From positions 1 through 41,687 of the forward strand of contig CBDULB010000043.1 in assembly GCA_965367965.1 (NCBI GenBank): a DNA stretch of 41,687 nucleotides, written 5' to 3'. The position numbers and the translations under genes were made by a program. The notes beneath the pieces are model-generated. The model had not been told where the DNA came from. It made no database searches and was given only the letters and a program-made list of their open reading frames with translations. Positions 26,822 to 36,100 of this stretch are shown piece after piece; position 1 is the first letter of the stretch, and every line of letters begins with the position of its first letter. This stretch comes from an uncultured bacterium (GTDB taxonomy: Bacteria; Verrucomicrobiota; Verrucomicrobiia; Verrucomicrobiales; DEV007).

Positions 26822-27544
26822 CTAGCGGAAGTTCTGCCACCAGTCGTCGCGGGTCATCGAGGCGAGCATTTCGAGGCAGTGGGGGTAGTTGGCGCGGGCG
26901 GCGAGAATTTTGCGGCTTTCGTGGAAGTTGCCGAACTCGACGACGTCGATATCGACGTGGCGGACGCCCCAGTGATTCATTTGTCCTTTGCTGGGGAAGT
27001 AGATATCGACGGTGCGCGAACCGACCAGAGCCTTGCCGTAATCATCGACCACGAACAGCCGGTCGACGCCTTTCATGCGGAATTTTGTGCCCAGGGGGAA
27101 GCGCGACCAATCGGCGGCTACCGAGTGGTATTCGGGGGTGTAGCGGAGGTCGGTGCCGAGCGCTGTCTTTTTGCCGTATTTGATGTGGTCGGCTTCGGTG
27201 TGGGTGTAGGCGGTGGTGCGAATGCTGGTAGTGACGAGGACCGGTTGTTGGCTTGCAGCAGAGGCAGTGCCCGGCGCGGCAGTTTGTCCGAACGCTGACT
27301 GAAGGGCGCTCGGCTTGGGGCCGGCCGAAGGCAGATCCGCTCCGGCCTCCGAAGCCGGTGCTGCCGGTTCCGAATTTGTGTTTGTTCCGCCCGTAGCTGC
27401 GTCCAGAGGCGAACTCAGCAGAGGTGACTCTGCAGAGCCGGGGCCGGGTGCTACGACACCCAGATGATTAAGCGCGAAGAAACCGCCGCAGAGGATTGCG
27501 GCGGCCGCAGCGAGTGTGATAGCGGCATGTTTCAGCTTAGCCAT
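26822..27544 (-). CDS. 3D-domain (MltA/RlpA-like fold) secreted protein.
   Basis: Signal/TM at the N-terminus and a P/A/S-rich linker. C-terminal 3D-domain-like segment TTAYTHTEADH...GTKFRMKGVDRLFVVDDYGKALVGSRTVDIYFPSKGQMNHWGVRHVDIDVV. Confidence 0.55.
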   Translation of the reverse strand: MAKLKHAAITLAAAAAILCGGFFALNHLGVVAPGPGSAESPLLSSPLDAATGGTNTNSEPAAPASEAGADLPSAGPKPSALQSAFGQTAAPGTASAASQQPVLVTTSIRTTAYTHTEADHIKYGKKTALGTDLRYTPEYHSVAADWSRFPLGTKFRMKGVDRLFVVDDYGKALVGSRTVDIYFPSKGQMNHWGVRHVDIDVVEFGNFHESRKILAARANYPHCLEMLASMTRDDWWQNFR

Positions 27545-27698
27545 TTTGCGGCGGTTGGTTGCGTTGCCGCAAAGACGCTTATTTTCATCACAAAATCAAG
27601 CGCACGAGCGCAGCGCAGAAGTGCTATCTGCCCTGTCATGGCAGCGATACCGGGAGCAACCGGCGCCGTTCCGTCATCGCCACGGTTGCGGAGGAGGA

Positions 27699-28271
27699 TC
27701 AATGTGAGTGATCGCAGACGCAGGCGTATTCTTTGTTCGGGCAGTCGGGGCATTCGCTGAGGTTGAGAGCGAATCGAGCGAACACCGGTTCGGCGTCGGC
27801 ACCGGTTTGAATTTGCACGATCACCGGAAGGTTTTCGCCTGTGGGGAAGGCGCTGTCGGATACCAGCACGTCGCCTTGCTTGGTAAATTTCAGCTCGGCG
27901 GGAGCGCTGCGCTCGCCGCCGGTTACGGATATGATTTGATCGCCGATGGACGCCGCCTTGGCATCGTCGGTAAGCGCGGTGATCTGCACTTTGTGATCAG
28001 GTAAAAGCAGGAACTCGAGGTGAGGCTCGACCTCGGTGAGAATGCGGCCGCCGTTCGGTCCGGACGCTTTAAGTGCGTGGTCTTGGCCTTCTTCAGCATC
28101 GTGTTTATCGCCGTGGTCGTGTCCCTCATGATCGGCATGTTCACCGTGATCGTGTCCCTCATGGTCGTGCCCATCGTGGTCATCGCCGCCGCCGCAGGAG
28201 GTGAAAAGCGCCAGGCTGGCGACAGTGGCACAGGTGATGAGGGAGCTGAGAATTTTTTTTGATGTATTCAT
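27699..28271 (-). CDS. His-rich lipoprotein; candidate periplasmic metal-binding protein or metallochaperone.
   Basis: Lipoprotein signal (LALFTSCGGG). His-rich tract DDHDGHDHEGHDHGEHADHEGHDHGDKHD. C-terminal Cys cluster CPDCPNKEYACVCDHSH. Immediately downstream of czcA in the same operon. Confidence 0.6.
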   Translation of the reverse strand: MNTSKKILSSLITCATVASLALFTSCGGGDDHDGHDHEGHDHGEHADHEGHDHGDKHDAEEGQDHALKASGPNGGRILTEVEPHLEFLLLPDHKVQITALTDDAKAASIGDQIISVTGGERSAPAELKFTKQGDVLVSDSAFPTGENLPVIVQIQTGADAEPVFARFALNLSECPDCPNKEYACVCDHSH

Positions 28272-28361
28272 AGAATTATTGGTTTCGGTTTATGGGTTTT
28301 GCAGAGTTAGACAAGTGGAGCAGGGCGAATTGTGAAAGTAATTGAGGAAACAGAGACTGCC

Positions 28362-31300
28362 TCAGCCGCAGGCAGCGACGTTGAGGTCAACAGCCCGTTG
28401 GGCAGCTTTTCGGCAAAAATTAAAGAACACCGCCGGCGTGATTGCCAGTCCAAGCAGGGTTGAACTGAACAGGCCGCCAACGATGACAATGGCCACCGGA
28501 TTGAGGATTTCCTTGCCCGGCTCATCGGCCGCGAGGATCAGCGGTATCAAAGCGATACCGGCCGACAGGGCGGTCATCAGCACCGGGGCGAGCCGTTCGA
28601 GCGTGCCGCGGACAACCATCTCACGACTGAAATTTTCGCCCTCATGGCGCATGAGGTGCAGGTAGTGGGAAATCATCATGATCTGATTGCGCGCGGCAAT
28701 CCCGGCGATGGCGATGAAGCCGACCAGTGTCGCGATGCTGATATTGTCGAGCGTGAAACGGGTGTAGAGCACCGCTCCGATCAGGGAGACCGGGATGTTG
28801 GTCAGTACCAGCAGCACGAAGCTGAAGCTTTGAAAGTAGCTGTAGAGCAGAAAAACGATGACCAGCAAAATGATCGAAGACATGATGATGATGGTTCGCG
28901 TCGCGGCTTGCTGCGCCTGATACTCGCCCTCGAAGGAAACTGAGTAACCTTTGGGTAGCGTCAGCTTGGCTGCGACATCGCGCTGCAGCTGTTCGACGAC
29001 GCGGTTGAGGTCGTTGGTTGTCGGATTGATGGAAACTACGAAGCGGCGCAGCGTGTTTTCACGGAGAATGGTGTTCGGTCCGGTCGCGTTGCGGATTACG
29101 GCGACGTAGCTGAGCGGAATGCGCTGGCCGCTCTGGGTATCGATGTAGAGATTTTGCAATCGCTCCGGATTCTCCCGCCACTCGAGGGGGAGTCTGACGA
29201 CGACATCGTAGACGCGTTGACCTTCATAAACTTCGCTGACCGCTTCACCACCCATCAGCGAAGCAAGCTCGGTATTGAGGTCGCCCGGCGTGACCCCGTA
29301 AGCGAGCGCACGCTCCCGATCGACTTCGATGCGCAGTTGCGGGATCGGTGCCTGTTGTTCGGTGCGAGCCTCCTCAAGTCCCGGGATCGCGCGTGCGATG
29401 GCGGCAACTTCGGTGCCGAGCCGACGCAGTTCTTCGAGCTCGGGACCGAAAATTTTCACCGCCACCTTTGCGGAGACGCCGCTGAGCATGTGTCCGACCC
29501 GGTCAGCCAGTGGGCCGCTCATGGCGCTGAAGGTTCCCGGAATAGTTCCCATGGTGGCACGGATATCCTTGAGCAATTGATCGCGGTCGGCTTCGCCTTC
29601 GGGAGTGAATTCGACATCGAATTCGACGGTCGACACCGGCACGACGTGGTCGCCGCGTTCGGCCCGCCCGACCCGGTAGCCGACCGTTTCGACCCCGGGC
29701 AGTCGCAGCAAAAGGTCCTGGGCCGTGCGCGACAATTGAGTGGTGGTGCGCAGCGATGTACCGGGGGCGGTGGTCATGGCGATGACCGCGGTCGGTTCCC
29801 GGAAGGGTGGCAAAAATGCTCCGCCCATCTTGGTGTAGGTGAAATAGCTGAGCACCAGGAGCGCGCCGGTAATCGCAAAAACGGCGAGCGGCTGAGACAG
29901 CGAAAAACGCAACCACGTCGAGCTGAACAGGCCTTTCAAAAACCGTACGATGGCGCCGTCGCCGTGCGCCTGTTTGCCCTTCGGATTCAGTAAAAACGAG
30001 CTGAGCACCGGGATCACCGTCAACGAAACCACGAACGAAGCGCCCATGCTGACGATGGTGGCGATGGCGATCGGTGTGAACAGGCGGCCTTCAACACCGC
30101 TCAATGCGAGCAGGGGAAGGAAGACCAGAATGATCAAAATTGTCGCGTAGAATATCGATGAGCGAACTTCGGCTGAGGCTTGCGCGATGACTTCGATTCT
30201 CGGTTTGGGGGCGGCGAGGGCCGCGTTTTCACGCAGTCGTCGATAGACGTTTTCGACATCGACAATGGCGTCGTCGACGACCATGCCAATGGCCACGGCG
30301 AGGCCGCCGAGGGTCATCGAATTGACACTCAAATCGAGCAGGTCAAAAACCAAAATGGTGATCGCCAGCGACAGTGGTATCGCAGTCAGGGTGATGATCG
30401 TCACCCGGAAGTTAAACAGGAACAGGAACAGCACGATGGCGACCATGAGGGCTCCGTCGCGCAGGGCTTCACCGAGGTTGCCGATGGCGAGATCGATGAA
30501 GTCACGCTGTCGATAGACGGTGATCAGTTGCACGCCTTCCGGCAAAGTTTGCTGTAAATCTTCGATGATGGCTTCGACTTTTTCGGTCAGCGCGATGGTA
30601 TCGAAGCCGGGCGATTTGCGGACGTTGATGATGACGCCGGGATCACCTTTGAGCTCCTCGGCGTCGGCTTCATCGATGGCGAACCTGTCCAGATTGGTGC
30701 CAAGCCCGGCATCGCCGCGTTGCGGCTCGACGTCCCAGACGACGGTGGCGACATCGGACAGGCGAATCGCACGGTCGTTTTCGTGGGTGACCACGGTGTT
30801 GCCGATTTCGACGAGGTCGGTGGTCATGGCCAGATTGCGCACCATGATTTCCTGATCCTGCTCGGTGAGGAAGCCACCTGTGGTGTTCTTGACGGCCTTG
30901 CTCGCGGCATCGCGGATCTGTTCGAAGGACACGCCGAGGGCGAGCATTCTTTCCGGTTGGGGTTGCACCTGAATTTGCTTCACTCCGCCGCCCATCGACA
31001 GCACTTCGGCAATGCCGGGAATCGATTGAAAGCGTTTGCCGATGACCCAGTCGGCAAGTTCCCGAAGCTCACGCGGGTTGGTATTGCCACTCGGGTCGCG
31101 TACCCCAACCATCATGATATCGCCCATCAGCGAAGCGACCGGAGTCATGTAAGGGGTGATGCCGGCGGGTAAAAATTCAACGGCACCGGTCAGTCGTTCC
31201 TGCACGAACTGGCGGGCCTGATAGATGTCGGTTCCCCAATCGAATTCGACGAATACCAGCGACAGTGAGATGTCGTTGGTGCTGCGCAGACGGCTGACGC

Positions 31301-31532
31301 CGGTGACGCCCATGAGCGCATTTTCGAGCGGTATGGTGACCAGAGTTTCGACTTCTTCGGGCGCGTAGCCGGGCACTTCGGTGAGGATTGACACCGTCGG
31401 CTTGGTTAAGTCGGGCAGTACGTCCACCGGCAGTTCGATGGTCTTCTTCACGCCCAGTACGAGAAGAATCAAGGCCACGGCAAGCACCAGGGCACGCTGT
31501 GCGAGGCTGAGACGGATGAGGGTGTTGAGCAT
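28362..31532 (-). CDS. czcA: CzcA/CusA-family heavy-metal efflux RND permease (HME-RND), 1056 aa.
   Basis: Full-length RND with 12 TM helices and two large periplasmic loops. N-terminus MLNTLIRLSLAQRALVLAVALILLVLGVKKTIELPVDVLPDLTKPTVSILTEVPGYAPEEVETLVTIPLE is typical of CzcA/CusA. The gene symbol reflects the family, not a proven substrate. Confidence 0.85.
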   Translation of the reverse strand: MLNTLIRLSLAQRALVLAVALILLVLGVKKTIELPVDVLPDLTKPTVSILTEVPGYAPEEVETLVTIPLENALMGVTGVSRLRSTNDISLSLVFVEFDWGTDIYQARQFVQERLTGAVEFLPAGITPYMTPVASLMGDIMMVGVRDPSGNTNPRELRELADWVIGKRFQSIPGIAEVLSMGGGVKQIQVQPQPERMLALGVSFEQIRDAASKAVKNTTGGFLTEQDQEIMVRNLAMTTDLVEIGNTVVTHENDRAIRLSDVATVVWDVEPQRGDAGLGTNLDRFAIDEADAEELKGDPGVIINVRKSPGFDTIALTEKVEAIIEDLQQTLPEGVQLITVYRQRDFIDLAIGNLGEALRDGALMVAIVLFLFLFNFRVTIITLTAIPLSLAITILVFDLLDLSVNSMTLGGLAVAIGMVVDDAIVDVENVYRRLRENAALAAPKPRIEVIAQASAEVRSSIFYATILIILVFLPLLALSGVEGRLFTPIAIATIVSMGASFVVSLTVIPVLSSFLLNPKGKQAHGDGAIVRFLKGLFSSTWLRFSLSQPLAVFAITGALLVLSYFTYTKMGGAFLPPFREPTAVIAMTTAPGTSLRTTTQLSRTAQDLLLRLPGVETVGYRVGRAERGDHVVPVSTVEFDVEFTPEGEADRDQLLKDIRATMGTIPGTFSAMSGPLADRVGHMLSGVSAKVAVKIFGPELEELRRLGTEVAAIARAIPGLEEARTEQQAPIPQLRIEVDRERALAYGVTPGDLNTELASLMGGEAVSEVYEGQRVYDVVVRLPLEWRENPERLQNLYIDTQSGQRIPLSYVAVIRNATGPNTILRENTLRRFVVSINPTTNDLNRVVEQLQRDVAAKLTLPKGYSVSFEGEYQAQQAATRTIIIMSSIILLVIVFLLYSYFQSFSFVLLVLTNIPVSLIGAVLYTRFTLDNISIATLVGFIAIAGIAARNQIMMISHYLHLMRHEGENFSREMVVRGTLERLAPVLMTALSAGIALIPLILAADEPGKEILNPVAIVIVGGLFSSTLLGLAITPAVFFNFCRKAAQRAVDLNVAACG

Positions 31533-31589
31533 GAGCAGCGGGCAGATAGCCGGGGTTCTCTGTTGGCGGGGCTGAGCGTTTTGTCTTTG

Positions 31590-32756
31590 CTAGGCAGTGA
31601 CGCTGCCACCTTTACTGCGCCGTTTGTTCCAGAGCTGTTGCAGTGTTATCAGCAGCATCATGGTGATGACGCCCGCGTAAATCTGCAGGTAGAGGTTCAT
31701 CTTGCCGCCGTCGTGTGAATCGCCGTGGTCGTGACCGGCGTGACTGTCCGCGGAGGCGGCTTTGTCAGCGTCGGTGAGTTCGGACCCGTCTTCAGCATGT
31801 TCGTGACCGTGCGCTGCATCGAGGGCTTCCTTGAGCGAAATACCACTGCCACCACCGGCAAAACCCAGAGAATAGGACCCCTGAGTGACGACTTCTTCGC
31901 CGGGGAAAAGGCCGCCGATGACTTCGACATAGCGGTCGTTTTGCTCGCCAAGTTGAACGGGAATTTTAACGAATGCATTGGGCAGATCCAGGTGCCTGGT
32001 GAAGACGACCCGTTTGGCGGGGTCGCCCTGGATCGCAGTGCGTGGTACGGCGATGACGTCGGAGCGGCTGGCGGTGACGATGGAGAATTCGGCACGCATT
32101 CCGGGTTGGAGTTTACTTTCCGGATTGTCGATTTCAAAAATGGCATCGACGGTTCCCGCTTCGCGGTCAGCGGCCACTCGATAGCGGCTTAACTTAACGG
32201 TGATGGGTTCACCGCCGATTGCCGGAACATGAATGCGGGCGATGGTGCCGACAGCGACACCGGCGGCTTCTTTTTCCGGGATCTTGGCGATCGCCCACAT
32301 TTTTGACCGGTCGGAAATGTCGAGCAACTCCGTTTCGGGTTCGATTGGTTCGCCGAGCCGGACGTGGGAATCGATGACCAGGCCGGCTTTGGGGGCACGC
32401 AGCGCGATGGTCGGTGGCGGGTTGCCGGGCTGGCGACTTTCGACTTTGACCAGCACCTGATCCTTTTCAACGAGGTCACCCTCGAAGGCATTGACTTCGA
32501 CCGCCCGGCCGGAGATGCGCGATGACAGTACCGATCGACTGGCCGGGATGTCTTCGATGCGGCCGATGGCAAACACGGTGGTCTCGAAGTCGCGTTTCTG
32601 GACAACGACGGTTTCGATGCGCAGATTTTTCACGCCCTGTTCATCGAGAATGACCGTGTTGGCGGCGATGTCGGCATCGACCGGACCTTCGGCGCAGGGT
32701 GATGCTGCCACCAACCCGCCGATACTCAGCAGGACTGTTAAAAGAGTCGTTTTCAT
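31590..32756 (-). CDS. czcB: Efflux RND periplasmic adaptor (CzcB/CusB-like) with a His-rich C-terminal extension followed by a hydrophobic tail.
   Basis: Membrane fusion protein core (barrel-sandwich, beta-barrel). The C-terminus reads AAHGHEHAEDGSELTDADKAASADSHAGHDHGDSHDGG and then KMNLYLQIYAGVITMMLLITLQQLW, a predicted TM helix. Confidence 0.75.
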   Translation of the reverse strand: MKTTLLTVLLSIGGLVAASPCAEGPVDADIAANTVILDEQGVKNLRIETVVVQKRDFETTVFAIGRIEDIPASRSVLSSRISGRAVEVNAFEGDLVEKDQVLVKVESRQPGNPPPTIALRAPKAGLVIDSHVRLGEPIEPETELLDISDRSKMWAIAKIPEKEAAGVAVGTIARIHVPAIGGEPITVKLSRYRVAADREAGTVDAIFEIDNPESKLQPGMRAEFSIVTASRSDVIAVPRTAIQGDPAKRVVFTRHLDLPNAFVKIPVQLGEQNDRYVEVIGGLFPGEEVVTQGSYSLGFAGGGSGISLKEALDAAHGHEHAEDGSELTDADKAASADSHAGHDHGDSHDGGKMNLYLQIYAGVITMMLLITLQQLWNKRRSKGGSVTA

Positions 32757-32783
32757 AGGGATCGGATCGGAGTGTGCCGGGGA

Positions 32784-34148
32784 TTATTTTTCCGCGTCTG
32801 GGCGCGGGCGTTCGATGCCGGGATAGTTGCCGGTGACGAATCGCAGATGGGCTTCGGAGAGGTGGTAGTCCTCGACAAATCCGAGTGAGGCGTTATGCAG
32901 TTCGAGCAGCTGCTCCTGGGCCCTTTGCACCTGCAACAGGCTGGCCTGACCCTGTTCGTAGACGGTGCGAAATTCGGCCAGATTTTTCTCGGCCAGTGCG
33001 ATGACTTCGCCGGAGGCCTGCGCTGCCAATGCGTGCGCGTCGCGAGCGGCATGCAGAGCCGCTTCGTATTCGCTGCGAATGTTGAACTCGCGTGCGGCGC
33101 GGGATTTTTCCGCGGCTTCGATATCGATGCGCGCCTGCTCGATGGCATTCTCGTTGCGTTGACGGAGCGGCAGTGGGATCGAAACACCGATGCCGGTAAA
33201 GGTGTTGGCTTCAAGGCCCTCGGGTGCGTCCACGGCTTGCTCACGTTCGACGAACACTTTCAGTGAAATGTCTTCCCATCGGCCCGCGTCGGCGAGCAGC
33301 GCTTCAGCCTGGGCGACATCGTGTTGGGCGAGCGTGAGCAGGTGGTCGGGGCGTCGGCGAAACAGTTCGGCATTGCTCAATTGCGGTGGCGTCGGCTGGG
33401 TGAGGGGCAACTGCAGACCGCGCTTGATACGCACCTCGGTTTTGGGATCGATGCCGAGCAGCCTGGCGAGGTGGAGGGCCTGCTGGCGTTCGGCATTTTT
33501 TAAGCTGCCGATGTTCTGCTGCAGCGATCGGTTGGTCAGTTCAACCTGAGTGACGTCGAGCGGTGAGGCTTCGCCTTTTTCGACCAGCGGTCGCATAAAA
33601 TCGACGATCTCGGTGTTGAGTTGCACCAGCTTTTGACTGACCGAAAGCTTGGCGCGAGACACCATCAGCATGGTGCTGGCCTGATCCACCTGGTAGGCCA
33701 GTTGGCGGCGGCGTTCGGCAATTTCGGCTTCGGCGAGCAACACCTGGGCGCGGCGAACGCTGGTCTCATCGCGCAGTCGCGAGGTCAGCGGAAAGCTCTG
33801 GCTGAACGCCACTTCGAGGCTGCGTTCGTCGTCGCCGAGGCCGATGGCATCATCGGCCGCCGTGACTTCGAGTTCGGGATTGTCGAGCCGGCCCGACCAG
33901 CGGGCTCGGGATTTGGCGCGTGCGATCTCCAGCTCGGCGACCTTCAGATCGGGATTGTTTTTTAGCGCGATGGCGATGGCCTCGGACGGCGCCAGCGAGC
34001 GGATAGCGGCTGGTTCAGCGTGCAGCGGGGAGATCAACGAAAGTGGCGATGACGGCAGCTCAGCCCACGCCAAAAGCGCGATGACCGCGATCGCCCGGAA
34101 ATGCCATCGAGGCAGTGATCGGAGGCCGGGTGAATAATGAAACAACAT
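32784..34148 (-). CDS. czcC: TolC/CzcC-family outer membrane factor of the HME-RND system (~454 aa).
   Basis: OMF-type repeats (ALKNNPDLKVAELEIARAKSRARWS..., LQVQRAQEQLLELHNASLGFVEDYHLSEAHLRF). The track ORF (start 34442) has a ~98-aa Cys/Pro/Arg-rich extension. I chose ATG 34148 (MLFHYSPGLRSLPRWHFRAIAVIALLAWA, signal-like). Confidence 0.7.
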   Translation of the reverse strand: MLFHYSPGLRSLPRWHFRAIAVIALLAWAELPSSPLSLISPLHAEPAAIRSLAPSEAIAIALKNNPDLKVAELEIARAKSRARWSGRLDNPELEVTAADDAIGLGDDERSLEVAFSQSFPLTSRLRDETSVRRAQVLLAEAEIAERRRQLAYQVDQASTMLMVSRAKLSVSQKLVQLNTEIVDFMRPLVEKGEASPLDVTQVELTNRSLQQNIGSLKNAERQQALHLARLLGIDPKTEVRIKRGLQLPLTQPTPPQLSNAELFRRRPDHLLTLAQHDVAQAEALLADAGRWEDISLKVFVEREQAVDAPEGLEANTFTGIGVSIPLPLRQRNENAIEQARIDIEAAEKSRAAREFNIRSEYEAALHAARDAHALAAQASGEVIALAEKNLAEFRTVYEQGQASLLQVQRAQEQLLELHNASLGFVEDYHLSEAHLRFVTGNYPGIERPRPDAEK

Positions 34149-34356
34149 GAATCGGAAGCGTGAGTGATGTAGCAGACTGAAAGGAAAGACGGTATGGCGG
34201 TAAGCCCCTGCGCATGGCGGCAGGCATGGCGCTGCACGGCGAATGGCGGCAGGCCGGGGCGGCGAACAGGGCGAAATACCAATCGCGAAACGACGACGCT
34301 TCGCGATAGAGACGTTTCGCACGCAGAAAAATGCGCCGCGAAGTGGACCCCGGGGA

Positions 34357-34797
34357 TCAGACCAGAAAGCGGCACAGCTGTGCCGCCAGGGTGGGCGGAG
34401 AACCGCGCCGGGAAGAATCAGACAGCGTGTGAGACTGCGCACCGCCGGTCAGCAGGCTGGCCGACATAGGTGGTACTGTCACGGTTGCCGGAAGCAGGCC
34501 AACGAAAGGCGAGGCGATCGGCGCCGGAGAATCCGGTGTTAATGCCGTCAGCTCACGGCCATCTTCTTTGTGGCTGTCATCACAGGGAATCGCCGGAATG
34601 TCGCAGTCTGCAGCGGCGTCTGAACATAGCGCCGGATGGGCATGGGCCGAGTCGTGCGACTGCGACAACTGCGCTTGCGAATGGTGGTGGTGCTCAAGTG
34701 CCAGACTTGCCCAGACTTTGCACAGGCCGGTGCTGCCGCCGATCAGAAGATAGATCGACAGTGCCATCAAAGTCAGGCATCGGTACAGATTGCGCAT
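34357..34797 (-). CDS. Small secreted or membrane-anchored His/Cys-rich protein upstream of czcC. Candidate CzcI/CusF-like accessory metal-binding protein.
   Basis: N-terminal hydrophobic segment, then LEHHHHSQAQLSQSHDSAHAHPALCSDAAADCDIPAIPCDDSH. Its position (first gene of the czc-like operon) is consistent. Coding status is unverified. Confidence 0.4.
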   Translation of the reverse strand: MRNLYRCLTLMALSIYLLIGGSTGLCKVWASLALEHHHHSQAQLSQSHDSAHAHPALCSDAAADCDIPAIPCDDSHKEDGRELTALTPDSPAPIASPFVGLLPATVTVPPMSASLLTGGAQSHTLSDSSRRGSPPTLAAQLCRFLV

Positions 34798-34958
34798 CGC
34801 GGAGCAAAGTTTCTACCGCGGGATCGGTTGTGTCAAACGAAGTGTGCAGAGCGCTCTCCTGGTGGTAGCGAAACTCAGCGGGAGGGATCAGGCGGCTCGG
34901 TTAGCAGCCGCGTTCAGTTCAGAGCTGTTCAAAGCTCTTATCAGTGTAGATATAAGCC

Positions 34959-34976
34959 GCTTATATTTACTTGCGG
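34959..34976. repeat. Right copy of the perfect 18-bp inverted repeat (GCTTATATTTACTTGCGG).
   Basis: Exact reverse complement of 26641-26658. Overlaps the local palindrome ATATAAGC-C-GCTTATAT (34951-34967). Confidence 0.8.
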
Positions 34977-35030
34977 TTAAAAGCGGCAAACAAATATCCG
35001 CTTCGCAAAACTGTGCCGCTCATCGCGGAA

Positions 35031-35435
35031 TCAAATTCCCCGATAAATCTTCTGCCGGTTTTCCGTTGTCATCTCGGCTTTTTCGATGGTCTTAACCGCG
35101 CCGCTCTGTGGTTCGATGAGCTTTAACGAGACAAACTTGGAGTTAGGTGCTCCTGCGGCTTCGAGGACCTCGGCGATGTCCTCGATGATTCGTTTTTGCC
35201 AGTGGTCTTTAAATGTCTTTCGCGATGTCTCAATGATCTTGGAACTGGAGATTCCTGCGATGGCAGAGACTTCGTAAAAGGCGCCTTGGTACTGAGCGAG
35301 GATCTTTTCATTTTCGATTTGGACGGCTGTAAACGGTGAGATTTTTCTCCATTCATCCGTGGAGCGGATTGGCCAGGCCACGGCCACCAGGATTAAGATC
35401 GTCAGGGCTGAGATAACGATTGCGTAGGTCTTCAT
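35031..35435 (-). CDS. Hypothetical membrane-anchored periplasmic protein (134 aa) in a lower-GC patch.
   Basis: N-terminal TM or signal anchor (MKTYAIVISALTILILVAVAW). Local GC is about 50%, against ~65% in the flanks. Last gene of the ECF-sigma operon. Confidence 0.45.
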   Translation of the reverse strand: MKTYAIVISALTILILVAVAWPIRSTDEWRKISPFTAVQIENEKILAQYQGAFYEVSAIAGISSSKIIETSRKTFKDHWQKRIIEDIAEVLEAAGAPNSKFVSLKLIEPQSGAVKTIEKAEMTTENRQKIYRGI

Positions 35436-35473
35436 TGTTTTGTCGTGTCTTCGAGTTAAAAAATGGCCAGGGA

Positions 35474-36100
35474 TTAATCGCCGGTCTTCTCGGCTTCAAG
35501 TTTTGAGAGCAGCGCTTCAAGCTCCCGCTTTTGCGGCAGTAGATGCGTGCGAACGCCCCGTTGGTTGATCCAGTAGATGACCCCGAAAACGCTGGCGAAG
35601 AACAAGCCGCGACCGCCGGCTTCGAGAGCGCCCTCATCCGCAGTTGCGATGAGAAACAGGATCATTCCGGGGACCAGAGGAAAAAGATACCACCAGGCGA
35701 CGTTGCGCAGCAGGCGGATCTGATAGTTCACATTGGCGAGCAATTTTTGCAGGTTGCCCTCAATCGACTGCTCGAAGGCACCGTCCCGTGCTTTTTGTCG
35801 CTGGCGACCGATGAATAGAAAGGTTCCGACAAAGGCGACGCCAATCGTCATTAGAATGAGCGCCATGCTCATCAATGAAAATGGACTGCCGTCTTCTGCG
35901 GCACTGCGAATGGCTCCGCGCAGGAACTGGACAAACAGAATCGCTGCGATGCTGATTTCGAGGTAGTCCCTGAACAGGATACTGCTGCGGAAGCGTTGCG
36001 CCTTTTTGAGGACGATACGGTGCAGTGCATCCGCGTCGAAGGTGTACGTAGGGCGCGAGGTTTCTTCGTCCCAGACGACTTTTAGATCTTCAAAATTCAT
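35474..36100 (-). CDS. Polytopic membrane protein, putative anti-sigma factor partner of the upstream ECF sigma.
   Basis: Overlaps the sigma gene by 11 nt. Three or four predicted TM helices. No recognisable ZAS or RskA motif, so the anti-sigma assignment rests on position only. Confidence 0.45.
   Translation of the reverse strand: MNFEDLKVVWDEETSRPTYTFDADALHRIVLKKAQRFRSSILFRDYLEISIAAILFVQFLRGAIRSAAEDGSPFSLMSMALILMTIGVAFVGTFLFIGRQRQKARDGAFEQSIEGNLQKLLANVNYQIRLLRNVAWWYLFPLVPGMILFLIATADEGALEAGGRGLFFASVFGVIYWINQRGVRTHLLPQKRELEALLSKLEAEKTGD

Noticed and set aside
29154-29993. + ORF of 279 aa, plus others inside czcA.
   Set aside because: Antisense to the RND permease gene.
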